In this document: positions 8,862 through 17,741 of the stretch, in pieces | How the letters are laid out: every line of letters starts with the position of its first letter | How positions within the stretch are numbered: position 1 is the first letter of the stretch | Virus record (IMG/VR): IMGVR_UViG_3300037602_000009 | Span: 1 to 53,318 of that record | Source of the DNA: a virus | Lineage: Duplodnaviria > Caudoviricetes | Length of the DNA stretch: 53,318 nt | Strand: one strand, 5' to 3' | The notes under the pieces: generated by a model | Database searches by the model: none | Seen by the model: only the letters and a program-made list of their open reading frames with translations | What the model was told of the DNA's origin: nothing | Translations under genes and position numbers: made by a program

Positions 8862-9244
8862 TGGATCAACACGTTGAACAGGTCGGGGGCGACCATTATC
8901 AGGCCCCATACCAGCACTGGGACTGGTGCGCTGAAACCGGGCTCGGGTATCTGGAGGGCAACGCCACAAAGTACCTTGCCCGGTTCCGCAAGAAGCAGGG
9001 CCGCCAGGACCTGGAGAAGGCCAGCAGCTACGTCCAGAAGCTCCTTGCCGTCCCCGGACTGGTGCCGGCCCGGGAGCGTCTGGGCTATAGCCCGGAACGT
9101 CTCGCTAAGTTCACCCGGTCGGCAGGACTGACGGGGCTTCCCGAGGCCCGGTTGATCGTGCTGATCGACAGCTGGCGCACCGACAACGACCTGCGTGAGG
9201 TCCTGTTGGGTATTCAGGAGCTGATCAGTGCGACACGAGGTTGA
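8861..9244 (+). CDS. DUF3310 / SaV-like protein (T7 gp1.7 nucleotide kinase-like)
   Basis: QVGGDHY...GYLEGNATKYLARFRKKQGRQDLEKASSY. Confidence 0.8.
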   Translation: MDQHVEQVGGDHYQAPYQHWDWCAETGLGYLEGNATKYLARFRKKQGRQDLEKASSYVQKLLAVPGLVPARERLGYSPERLAKFTRSAGLTGLPEARLIVLIDSWRTDNDLREVLLGIQELISATRG

Positions 9245-9458
9245 CACCATCATCGCTCAGATGGAGGGCGAGCGCGGCGTGACCCGCGCTCAGCTTCTCG
9301 CCCCCACCCGATCCTCGGCAAAGGTCGCTCAGGCCCGTCAGGAGGCCATGCGCCGGGTCAAGGCCCGGTTCCCGGAGGCCTCATGGTCTGAGATTGGTCG
9401 CCTGTTTGGGCGTGATCGCACGACTGTCCGCCACGCCTGCCTCAAGAAAGTTGACTGA
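9228..9458 (+). CDS. DnaA C-terminal (domain IV)-like helix-turn-helix protein
   Basis: GVTRAQLLAPTRS..VAQARQEAM...SWSEIGRLFGRDRTTVRHA. Confidence 0.75.
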   Translation: MRHEVDTIIAQMEGERGVTRAQLLAPTRSSAKVAQARQEAMRRVKARFPEASWSEIGRLFGRDRTTVRHACLKKVD

Positions 9459-11506
9459 TGTACGCACAGCTGCCCCTGTTTGAGCCTGAAAGCTCCTGGA
9501 CCCCGCCCCGGTTGTCGGACCTCCCGACCTCCTGGGGCTCGGGCCGGGTCGCCATCGACACTGAGAACCGGGATGAGCTGCTGACCAAACTTGGCCCAGG
9601 GGTCCGCCGGGGGGCCTACATTGCCGGCATCTCATTCGCCATTGAGGACGGCCCGAGCTTTTACCTGCCGATTAGGCACGGCGGGGGCGGCAACCTCCCG
9701 CCGGAGCAGGTCCTGGCCTATGTCCGGGACTGCGCCAAGCGCTTTGATGGCATCCTGGTCGGGGCCAACCTCGGGTATGACCTGGACTTCCTTGAGGAGG
9801 TCGGCATCACCTTCCCGAATGTGAAGTGGTTCCGCGACGTTCAGGTGGCTGACCCGCTCATCAACGAGCTTCACATGAGCTATTCGCTGGAGAGCATCAG
9901 CCAACGGTGGGGCATTCCAGGGAAGGATGAGACCCTGCTTCAAGAAGCCCTCGCCACCTACGGTTACAAGGGGGCCAAGTCCAAGGGCGGCATATGGGCG
10001 CTGCCCTCCAAATTCGTCGGGGCCTATGCTGAGCAGGACGCTCGCTTGCCCCTTTCGATCCTCCGCCGCCAAGAGCGTGAGATTGACGAGCAGGACCTGT
10101 GGAACGTCTACAACCTTGAGAGCCGCGTGCTGCCGGTTCTGGTCAAGATGCGCCGCCGGGGCGTTGCCGTCGATCAGGACCGGCTTGACAAGGTCGATGC
10201 CTGGGCCAGAGCTGAGCAGCAGAAGGCCGTGGACGCAACCAACGACGCCTTGCCGCCCGGCCTGCGCCTGACGTTCCACGATGTGAGCAACACCAACGTC
10301 CTCGCCCGGGTTCTCACTGGCCTCGGGATAGAGCTGCCCAAGACCCGCACCGGCAAGGACAGCGTGACCGCCGCCGTGTTGGACAAGATTGACCACCCGG
10401 TCGGTGACCATCTCCGCCGGGCTCGCAAGATGGTCACGCTGCGCTCCACATTCGTGGATAGCGTCCGTGAGCACCTCATCAACGGTCGCGCTCACTGTAC
10501 ATTCAACCAGCTCCGCCGTCAGAAGGATGATGAGAGCGGCGAGACTGAAGGCGCTGCCTTTGGGCGGCTGAGCTCAGCCAACTTCAATTTCCAGAACCAA
10601 CCAGCCCGCGACCCCGAGATTGGGCCTCTGTGGCGCTCCATCTATGTCCCGGACCACGACAAGCCCTGGGCCGCCCTTGACTATTCCCAGCAGGAGCCCA
10701 GGCAGGCCGTCAACTCAGCGATTGAGACCGGCCCGGACTTGATCGGGCAGGCCGCCTATGAGTCAGCGTGTGAGGCCGCCCGGCGCTATCGTGATGACCC
10801 CACGATGGACTTCCACGACATGATGACCCGCATGATCAACGGGGATGACTTCCTGGAGCGGGAGGGCGAGAAGGCCTTCAAGCAGAAGCGCAAATATGCC
10901 AAGAACATCTTTCTGGGCCTGTCCTACGGCATGGGCGGGGCGAAGCTGTGTCACGACCTCGGGCTGCCCTCTGTCTGGCGTCTGAGCTGGAAGGACGGCC
11001 GCAGCCGCCGGTTCCGGGACTACGACACAGCTGAGGAGGCTCACGCAAAGGCGGCTGACGGGCGCAAGGCAGGCTTTGACGTCCGGGTCTGGGAAGCCGC
11101 CGGGCCGGATGGACAGGCCCTCATCGACACATTCGACCGTCAGGTGCCATTCGTCCGCAAGATGGCGAACCATATGCAGGACGTGGCGAGCCGTCAGGGA
11201 TACATCCTGACCCTGGCCGGTCGCCGGTGCCGCTTCCCGCAGAAGGAAAGCGGTGAATATGATTGGCTTCACAAGGCCTTCAACCGCCGCATCCAGGGCG
11301 GATCGGCTGACCAGACCAAGATGGCGCTGGTTGAGATGGACGCCCAGGGGCTGTATGTCCAGCTTCAGGTCCACGATGAAATCGACGGTTCCATGACGCC
11401 CGAGGAGGCGAAGTTTGGGGCTGAGATCATGGAGAACGTGGTCAAGACCCACGTGCCATTTAAGGTCGATGTTGAGCTGGGCCCGAGCTGGGGTGAGTCA
11501 ATGTAA
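9458..11506 (+). CDS. polA: DNA polymerase family A with 3'-5' exonuclease
   Basis: AIDTE and NLGYD exonuclease motifs; GRLSS, LDYSQQEPR, RKYAKNIFLGLSYGMG, IQGGSAD and QVHDEI. Confidence 0.95.
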   Translation: MYAQLPLFEPESSWTPPRLSDLPTSWGSGRVAIDTENRDELLTKLGPGVRRGAYIAGISFAIEDGPSFYLPIRHGGGGNLPPEQVLAYVRDCAKRFDGILVGANLGYDLDFLEEVGITFPNVKWFRDVQVADPLINELHMSYSLESISQRWGIPGKDETLLQEALATYGYKGAKSKGGIWALPSKFVGAYAEQDARLPLSILRRQEREIDEQDLWNVYNLESRVLPVLVKMRRRGVAVDQDRLDKVDAWARAEQQKAVDATNDALPPGLRLTFHDVSNTNVLARVLTGLGIELPKTRTGKDSVTAAVLDKIDHPVGDHLRRARKMVTLRSTFVDSVREHLINGRAHCTFNQLRRQKDDESGETEGAAFGRLSSANFNFQNQPARDPEIGPLWRSIYVPDHDKPWAALDYSQQEPRQAVNSAIETGPDLIGQAAYESACEAARRYRDDPTMDFHDMMTRMINGDDFLEREGEKAFKQKRKYAKNIFLGLSYGMGGAKLCHDLGLPSVWRLSWKDGRSRRFRDYDTAEEAHAKAADGRKAGFDVRVWEAAGPDGQALIDTFDRQVPFVRKMANHMQDVASRQGYILTLAGRRCRFPQKESGEYDWLHKAFNRRIQGGSADQTKMALVEMDAQGLYVQLQVHDEIDGSMTPEEAKFGAEIMENVVKTHVPFKVDVELGPSWGESM

Positions 11507-11511
11507 CGAGC

Positions 11512-11540
11512 TTTCCCCGGGGCTGTCCCGGGGATAAGGT
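11512..11540 (+). promoter_or_regulatory. Putative sigma70 promoter with CGGGGATAA motif
   Basis: TTTCCC-17 bp-TAAGGT; imperfect inverted repeat TTTCCCCG...CGGGGATAA. Confidence 0.55.
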
Positions 11541-11562
11541 GGAGCCTCAGAAAGGGAGCACC

Positions 11563-11985
11563 ATGGATCACCGCCAATCCGCCAAGCGCATGTCGTTCAG
11601 ATCGCCGGACCCGTCCACCAAGGTCGGTTGCGTCATCGTTGATCACGCCCGGGGCTCCACCATCGGGGTCGGCTGGAATGACTTCCCCGCCGGGGCTCCT
11701 GATTGGTGGTGGAACGTCCGTGAGCGCAAGTATGCGGCGGTGGTTCATGCCGAGGTCGCGGCCCTCCTGAGCGCTGGAGATGAGGCCAAGGGGGCGTTGA
11801 TGTACGTCACTCACCATCCGTGCCGTGACTGCGCAAAGCACATCGCTTTTGCTGGGATCAAGACCGTGGTATGCCCCGAGGGGCCGTGGCGCGATGATCC
11901 TGAAATCTTGGCGTCAGTTACTGACGCTGCTAATCTGTTGAGGGCCTGCGGGGTCCAAGTCATCTATCAGGAGGATGTGGAATGA
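11563..11985 (+). CDS. dCMP deaminase
   Basis: SPDPSTKVGCVIV, GWND, VHAEVAAL and PCRDC zinc motifs. Confidence 0.92.
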   Translation: MDHRQSAKRMSFRSPDPSTKVGCVIVDHARGSTIGVGWNDFPAGAPDWWWNVRERKYAAVVHAEVAALLSAGDEAKGALMYVTHHPCRDCAKHIAFAGIKTVVCPEGPWRDDPEILASVTDAANLLRACGVQVIYQEDVE

Positions 11986-12353
11986 AGATGTTTCAGGCCT
12001 GGGTCCGCAAATGGGCCATCGACTGCTTTGGTCAGGAGGTCGCTGACAACAAGGCGGAGCGCAATCACCGCTTCATGGAGGAAGCCCTGGAGCTGTTCCA
12101 GAGCCTCGGGGGCACGTCGCAGGAAGCCACCATGCTGGTTGAGTACGTGTTCAACCGGCCCGTTGGTGAACCGTCTCAGGAGGTCGGGGGCGTCACCGTG
12201 ACCCTTGCCGCCCTCTGCGCAGCCAACAACATCGAGATGGGTGATTGCGCCTTCCACGAGCTGACCCGGATCACGTCTCCCGAGGTGGTGGAGAAGATCA
12301 GGCGCAAGCAGGCGACCAAGCCCGCGTCCTCGCCGCTCCCGGGGTCGGCATAA
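11982..12353 (+). CDS. MazG-like nucleotide pyrophosphohydrolase
   Basis: W..DCFG, ERNHRFMEEALEL and QEVGGVTVTLAAL all-alpha NTP-PPase pattern. Confidence 0.6.
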   Translation: MKMFQAWVRKWAIDCFGQEVADNKAERNHRFMEEALELFQSLGGTSQEATMLVEYVFNRPVGEPSQEVGGVTVTLAALCAANNIEMGDCAFHELTRITSPEVVEKIRRKQATKPASSPLPGSA

Positions 12354-12760
12354 TGCCGTCTGAATCACAGATGTGGCAGGCCCTCCGGCCTCACATGGAA
12401 GCGGTCAAGCTGGACCCGGTGCGGGTGGAGAACCCCGCCTTGCCCGGGACCCCGGATGTCAACTACATTGAGGGCTGGCTGGAGCTGAAACACGCTGACC
12501 AGTGGCCTGCTCGGGGCGGCCCGCTCCGGCTGAAGCACCCCCCGACCCCTGAGCAGAAGGTGTTTCTGTTCCGGCGATGGATGGCAGACGGCGCGGCCCA
12601 TCTCCTCCTCCGTGTTGGGCAGGAGTGGTTTCTGTTTCCCGGGTACGTGGTGCGGAGCGTCTGGGCAGATGCGCCTACACAAGACGACATCCGCAATAAC
12701 TCAATCACCTTCAAGCGACCGGCTGAGGTCGCCAAATATCTAGCAGAGTTCAAGCGATGA
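12353..12760 (+). CDS. PD-(D/E)xK nuclease (VRR-NUC / Holliday junction resolvase-like)
   Basis: ESQMW...RVEN...GTPDV...WLELK...PEQKVF; TAATG coupled start at 12353. Confidence 0.8.
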   Translation: MPSESQMWQALRPHMEAVKLDPVRVENPALPGTPDVNYIEGWLELKHADQWPARGGPLRLKHPPTPEQKVFLFRRWMADGAAHLLLRVGQEWFLFPGYVVRSVWADAPTQDDIRNNSITFKRPAEVAKYLAEFKR

Positions 12761-15129
12761 CTATCAAAGGGGATACATCAGAGGCCATTCAGTTTCTTCA
12801 GGCCTGGGCTCCTGAAGACAACTGGCAGCTGACGGCTATAGTGCCTGACGGCAAGATCATCACGACCACATTTGTGCCGGGGCCGGATCGTAACAAAGCC
12901 GTGAGGGCTTGGATTGACGACCGGCAAGGCCGTGAGAACATGTATTTCACGGTCAACCCCGTCCTGCGTCCGATGAACATCAAGCCCAAGAAGGCTGACA
13001 TGCGCGGCATGGCAGCCCTTCACGTGGACATCGACCCTCGCCCAGGGGAGGAGATGGAGGCCGAACGCAACCGTGCCTTGAAGCTCCTCCGGGAGTTCAA
13101 GCCAGCCCCGACCGTCATCATTGACTCAGGCGGCGGCTTTCAGGGCTTCTGGCTGCTTGATGAGGAGCAGCGCACGGACGGCAGCGAGGATCGGGCCGCT
13201 GAGCTGGAAGCCTACAACCTCCAGATTGAGGTGCTGATGCAGGCTGATGCCTGTCACAACATCGACCGCATCATGCGCCTTCCCGGCACGGTCAACGTCC
13301 CGAACGCCAAGAAGCGTAAGAAGGGCCGTGAGGCCGCCCTTGCGACCGTGGTTGAGGCGGACTGGTCCCGCGTCTATCCCCTGAAGTCCTTCACGCCTGC
13401 GGCCCGCGTTCAGAGCCCGGGAGCCGGGGGCGGCCCCGAGGTCAAGATCAGCGGCAACCTCGCCGCCGTGGACCTGGACACCCTCCCGGCCAAGGTGACG
13501 GATCGGGTCAAGGCCCTCATCGTCAACGGCGATGACCCGGACGATCCAACCAAGTTCGGGAGCCGGAGCGAGGCTCTGTGGCACGTGCTCTGCGAGCTGG
13601 TGCGCTCGGGCTGCTCTGATGACCAGATAGCTGCGATCATTCTTGACCCTGACTACGCGATCAGCGGGCACGTCCTGGACCAGCCCCGGCCTCAGCAGTA
13701 TGCGGCGCGGCAAATCCAGCGAGCCAAAGAGGACGCGATTGACCCCTGGCTCAGGAAGCTCAATGAGGAGCACGCTGTCATTGAGGACATCGGCGGCAAG
13801 TGCCGCGTCGTGTCGGAAGTCTTTGACCCGGCCCTGAAGCGCCCCCGCCTGTCCCGTCAGTCCTTTGACGACTTCCGCAACCGATACATGCATATCAGCG
13901 TGACCATCGGGACGGACAAGGACGGCAATGACGTGAAGATGCCCCTGGGCAAGTGGTGGCTTCAGAACGCCAACCGCCGTCAGTACCGCACGATTGTCTT
14001 TGCCCCGGGCAAGGAGGTCAGTGACAGCTACAACTTGTGGCAGGGCTTTGCCTGCGAGGCCCGCCCCGGCGATTGCTCGCTGCTCACCAAGCACATTCAC
14101 GAGAACGTCTGCCGTGGGAACGCTGAGCACAGCGAGTACATCATCAACTGGATGGCTCGGGCCGTCCAGCAGCCGGATAGCCCTGGGCAGGTCGCTCTGG
14201 TCCTCCGGGGCCGCATGGGTACTGGTAAGGGCGTGGTGTTCAAGCACTTCGGGTCGCTGTGGGGCCGGCACTATCTCCATGTGTCCGATCCCAAGCACCT
14301 TGTCGGCTCCTTCAATGCTCACTTGCGCGATTGCGTGGTGCTGTTCGCTGATGAGGCCTTCTATGCGGGGGACAAGAAGCACGAAAGCATCATGAAAACT
14401 CTGGTCACTGAAGAGATGATCATGACGGAGGCCAAGGGCGTCGATGCCGAGGCCGCCCCGAACTATGTTCACCTTGGGATGGCCTCCAACGACAATTGGG
14501 TGGTCCCTGCCGGGGCTGATGAACGCCGCTATTGCCTGATTGACGTGGGCGACAACCAGATGCAGAATGGCGCATACTTCGCTGCCATCCAGAAGCAGAT
14601 GGACAACGGGGGCCGTGAGGCCTTCCTTCACCTGCTGATGACCCGCGACCTGAGCAATTTTGACGTCCGCAAGTTCCCCAAGACGGAAGCCCTTCAGGAA
14701 CAGAAGGTGTTGTCCATGTCGCCCGAGGAGCAGTGGTGGTTTGAGAAGCTCAACGAGGGCAATCTGGTCGGGGAGGGCTGGGCCGCAGAAGTGCCCAAGG
14801 CAGACCTCCAGCGGGACTACATCGCATATTGCGAACGGCAGAAGATCAACCGCCGCGTGAGCCCGACTGCCCTGGGCAAGTTCCTCAAGCGCGTCCTCCC
14901 GGGCATCTATCCTCAGACGTTCCAGCGCATGGCTGAAGTGTCCTACATGGACCGCTTTGGGGGTGAGAGTTACAGGAAGGTCAAGGCCTGGTTCTATGGC
15001 TTCCCAGACCTCGCTCAGTCCCGGGCTCACTTTGATGAGAGGTTCGGCGGCCCGTATCAGTGGCCGAACGTGGAGGAGTGGCAGCAGGAGGACATTTCAG
15101 GGGAGGATGGCCGTGACCCGCCGTTCTGA
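12757..15129 (+). CDS. Primase-helicase (RepB-like AEP primase + DUF5906/SF3 helicase)
   Basis: LHVDID, IDSGGGFQGFW and DRIMRLPGTVN primase motifs; GRMGTGKG Walker A, LFADEA and ASN helicase motifs. Confidence 0.88.
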   Translation: MTIKGDTSEAIQFLQAWAPEDNWQLTAIVPDGKIITTTFVPGPDRNKAVRAWIDDRQGRENMYFTVNPVLRPMNIKPKKADMRGMAALHVDIDPRPGEEMEAERNRALKLLREFKPAPTVIIDSGGGFQGFWLLDEEQRTDGSEDRAAELEAYNLQIEVLMQADACHNIDRIMRLPGTVNVPNAKKRKKGREAALATVVEADWSRVYPLKSFTPAARVQSPGAGGGPEVKISGNLAAVDLDTLPAKVTDRVKALIVNGDDPDDPTKFGSRSEALWHVLCELVRSGCSDDQIAAIILDPDYAISGHVLDQPRPQQYAARQIQRAKEDAIDPWLRKLNEEHAVIEDIGGKCRVVSEVFDPALKRPRLSRQSFDDFRNRYMHISVTIGTDKDGNDVKMPLGKWWLQNANRRQYRTIVFAPGKEVSDSYNLWQGFACEARPGDCSLLTKHIHENVCRGNAEHSEYIINWMARAVQQPDSPGQVALVLRGRMGTGKGVVFKHFGSLWGRHYLHVSDPKHLVGSFNAHLRDCVVLFADEAFYAGDKKHESIMKTLVTEEMIMTEAKGVDAEAAPNYVHLGMASNDNWVVPAGADERRYCLIDVGDNQMQNGAYFAAIQKQMDNGGREAFLHLLMTRDLSNFDVRKFPKTEALQEQKVLSMSPEEQWWFEKLNEGNLVGEGWAAEVPKADLQRDYIAYCERQKINRRVSPTALGKFLKRVLPGIYPQTFQRMAEVSYMDRFGGESYRKVKAWFYGFPDLAQSRAHFDERFGGPYQWPNVEEWQQEDISGEDGRDPPF

Positions 15130-15361
15130 TCGGACCTGCCCCGACATCGTGGAGGAGGAGCTTGAGGCAGCCGGGGCTTCATACCGGCTGGTCATCAACA
15201 AACACTACAAGTATTGGGTCCTGGTGGAGGGAAAGGGGCACCTGTATGTGTGCTCCGGGACCGCCGGGGCCAACGGACGGTCGATGAAGAACACCCGAGC
15301 GGGGATAAGACGCTTGCTGAAACAGCTCGGGCTGATTGCCGTGAAATGCGAGCGGGGATAA
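15107..15361 (+). CDS. Hypothetical protein, possible HicA-like fold
   Basis: GGGGAGG RBS; KHYK...SGT...RSMKNTRAGIRR pattern. Confidence 0.6.
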   Translation: MAVTRRSDRTCPDIVEEELEAAGASYRLVINKHYKYWVLVEGKGHLYVCSGTAGANGRSMKNTRAGIRRLLKQLGLIAVKCERG

Positions 15362-15364
15362 ACT
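15336..15364 (+). promoter_or_regulatory. Putative sigma70 promoter with CGGGGATAA motif
   Basis: TTGCCG-17 bp-TAAACT; a second CGGGGATAA at 15300. Confidence 0.55.
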
Positions 15365-15388
15365 GTGATGCTAGAAAAGGAGCATGAG

Positions 15389-16156
15389 ATGACCAAACCA
15401 CCCTACACCCTCAATGACGCAAACCTGTTGGCCGATGAGCTCAACATGGTGATGATGAGCCTGCCGACCTTCCGCATTCAAAGCGTCGGGACGCGCATCA
15501 GCATTGAGCACGCCCCCGGCCACTACTTTGACCACGGCCTGGACTGCGTTGCCGAGTTCCACCAGGCATTTGACTGCTACGTGGCCAAGGAGCCCGGCCT
15601 GCCGGCGATGACGACCGAAAGCGCCAAGATGCTCGACAAGTATCAGTTGGGGGCTGCGCAATGGGGCGAATATCTCAAGGAAATGGCCGCGATTGCCAAG
15701 GCGAACGGCGATGAGGGCGGAGCCCTGCTGCTGATCCGCCTTCAGCTGTGTCAGGAGGAGCTTGCCGAGCTGGCTGAGGCGTTGATCCATCGTGACATCG
15801 TCGGCTGCTTGGACGCCCTCACCGATATGACCTATGTGGCCGATGGGACCTATCACACCCTTGGCCTCGGGCACTACAAGGCCGCCGCCACGGCGGAGGT
15901 TCACGCCTCCAACATGAGCAAGCTCGGGGAGGACGGCAAGCCGATCATCTCAGACGCGGGCCGGGTGGTGAAGGGTCCGAACTACCGCAAGCCCGACCTC
16001 GCCGCTGTTCTGGGCATCCGCCCCGAGGTCCCGGGTGAAGACACGGTGGTGGCTCACGGCGAGCCTATCCGTACCAATCACCGGGAGCCGAGCGAGTTCG
16101 GGGACGGCGCGACCGTGATCAACAAGCTCTATGAGGAACGCAAGACCAATGGCTGA
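15389..16156 (+). CDS. NTP pyrophosphohydrolase (PRA-PH/MazG superfamily)
   Basis: VAEFHQAF, RLQLCQEELAEL, LDALTDMTYV, EVHASNMSKL and GRVVKGPNYRKPDL. Confidence 0.85.
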   Translation: MTKPPYTLNDANLLADELNMVMMSLPTFRIQSVGTRISIEHAPGHYFDHGLDCVAEFHQAFDCYVAKEPGLPAMTTESAKMLDKYQLGAAQWGEYLKEMAAIAKANGDEGGALLLIRLQLCQEELAELAEALIHRDIVGCLDALTDMTYVADGTYHTLGLGHYKAAATAEVHASNMSKLGEDGKPIISDAGRVVKGPNYRKPDLAAVLGIRPEVPGEDTVVAHGEPIRTNHREPSEFGDGATVINKLYEERKTNG

Positions 16157-17198
16157 CCATTTCATGATTGACCTGGAGACGCTCAGCACGGCAGCTGATG
16201 CGGCAATCCTCCAGATCGGCATTCAGGCCTTTGACCCTCGGGGTGACGGCATCGACCCTGCCCAGGGGCTCATCATCCACGTCTCCGGCGAGGCCTCGCT
16301 CAACGCCGGGCTCAGGATGGACTGGCAGACGATACAGTGGTGGCTGAGCCTGGACGATAACGCCCGCGCCGGGATGGTTGCCAAGCAGGCGGACGCCCTG
16401 CTGCTCAGCGAGGCCCTAGCGGAGCTGGTCAAGTTCGGTCAATCGCACGGCGGCTGGTCCTGGGCCAAGGTCTGGAGCAACGGCGCGGCCTTTGACATCC
16501 CGATCCTTGAGACGGCCTTCAGGCGGTGCCGCCGGGACATCCCCTGGGCTTACAACAACGTCTTGGACGTGCGGACCATGAAGTGGCTCGCCCCGGACGT
16601 GCCCCGGGTAACGCCGGACGTGGCTCATGACGCCTTGAGCGATGCTCAGGCTCAGGCGGTGTATGTCCAGAGGTGCTACAAGGCGATTAAACCTGCGCCG
16701 GTTGCGGTTGATATGGGGAAGCCCACCACGTTCTTTGTCTTGAACGGCCTTGTGGATGGTGAGGAGGGCGTCACGGCAACTCCCGCCGGATCGGGGGTTG
16801 ACCCTGTAATGTCTGACGGCTGGTATGTGCTGGCTGACGGCGACCCGGATGGAAAGGGACCCTTTGCGAGCCGGGATGAGGCCTTGAGGAGCGTGAAGGG
16901 GGCTCCCGCAGGGGAGGAGGAACCGCAGGAGCCCCGTGCTGCAGCAACAGAAACGATAGTTGAGGCCGGGGAGGAGGACAAGACGGAAGCTCTTGCTGCG
17001 CTTTGGGATCAGCTCCGGGGCCTGGACTGGTGGTACATGATGAGCGAGGACCCCGGCGTGTACAAGCGTGGGTCAACCGCAGAGGCAGAGGCCCGGATAG
17101 CTGCTAACAAGCTCGGGGAGGCTGGCAAGGCCTTGTATGCGGCTTGGGAGGAGCATGTCAAGCGCGGTGGGCCGGAGGTCCCGCGCCCCGGCGCATAA
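16149..17198 (+). CDS. 3'-5' exonuclease (DEDDh, DUF5051/Exo VIII-like) with C-terminal extension
   Basis: FMIDLETL, ILQIG, WSNGAAFDIPIL, DVRT and HDALSDA. Confidence 0.85.
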   Translation: MADHFMIDLETLSTAADAAILQIGIQAFDPRGDGIDPAQGLIIHVSGEASLNAGLRMDWQTIQWWLSLDDNARAGMVAKQADALLLSEALAELVKFGQSHGGWSWAKVWSNGAAFDIPILETAFRRCRRDIPWAYNNVLDVRTMKWLAPDVPRVTPDVAHDALSDAQAQAVYVQRCYKAIKPAPVAVDMGKPTTFFVLNGLVDGEEGVTATPAGSGVDPVMSDGWYVLADGDPDGKGPFASRDEALRSVKGAPAGEEEPQEPRAAATETIVEAGEEDKTEALAALWDQLRGLDWWYMMSEDPGVYKRGSTAEAEARIAANKLGEAGKALYAAWEEHVKRGGPEVPRPGA

Positions 17199-17216
17199 AA
17201 AGTTGCGCTGATGGTA

Positions 17217-17260
17217 TTGACTCCAGCGGGGATAAGCCTTATGTTGAGGTTATCCCCGCT
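17217..17260 (+). promoter_or_regulatory. Putative sigma70 promoter flanked by inverted CAGCGGGGATAA / TTATCCCCGCTG boxes
   Basis: TTGACT-17 bp-TATGTT with a perfect 12-bp inverted repeat around the -10. Confidence 0.7.
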
Positions 17261-17286
17261 GTGGGTTTGAGAAATGGAGCACCACG

Positions 17287-17547
17287 ATGAACAAAGATCG
17301 CCGCAAAGCCCTGACCGCCCTCGCTGAGCAGTTCCGCGCCCTGTCTGGGCAGCTTGAGGACCTCAAGAGCGAACTGGAGACGCTCCGTGATGAGGAGCAG
17401 GAATATTACGACAACATGCCTGAGAGCTTCCAGAACGGCGACAAGGGCGAGGCCGCACAGGCCGCCGTCTCCGCTATGGAGGAAGCCCTGGACGCCATCC
17501 CCGACCTCAACGAGGTTGCGGATCAGATCGACACCGCTGCGGAGTGA
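17287..17547 (+). CDS. Conserved acidic coiled-coil phage protein
   Basis: MNKDRRKAL...EEQEYYDNMPESFQNGDKGE; extended RBS motif. Confidence 0.85.
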   Translation: MNKDRRKALTALAEQFRALSGQLEDLKSELETLRDEEQEYYDNMPESFQNGDKGEAAQAAVSAMEEALDAIPDLNEVADQIDTAAE

Positions 17548-17741
17548 TTGACATGTTCCAGATCATATTTACATTCGTGATAATCTCCACCTACCCGGCT
17601 ATTACATCAGCGAGCCCTGCGGGGCTCCTGTATACCAGCGAGCAAAGCTGCCGGGAGGCCGGGGAGGCTTTCGTGGAAGCCTATGAGGCTGAAGGCTATG
17701 GTGAAGTGAGCTTTGCCTGTGTGGAGGGATTGGCGCGATGA
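17544..17741 (+). CDS. Hypothetical secreted/membrane protein
   Basis: Hydrophobic N-terminus; Y.SEQSC...C; coupled overlaps. Confidence 0.6.
   Translation: MIDMFQIIFTFVIISTYPAITSASPAGLLYTSEQSCREAGEAFVEAYEAEGYGEVSFACVEGLAR

Noticed and set aside
13126-15030. 634-aa minus-strand ORF
   Set aside because: Antisense shadow of the primase-helicase in high-GC DNA; no recognisable motifs.
15298-17260. AGCGGGGATAA(AC) resembles the 3' half of the type I-E CRISPR repeat (mini-array or RNA anti-CRISPR)
   Set aside because: The 5' TTCCCCGC half is missing at 15298/15351, the spacing is 53 bp, the pair at 17225-17260 is in the wrong order, and the copies sit at fixed promoter positions. An operator explains them better. 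The hairpins at 4798 and 11512 are the only residual candidates.
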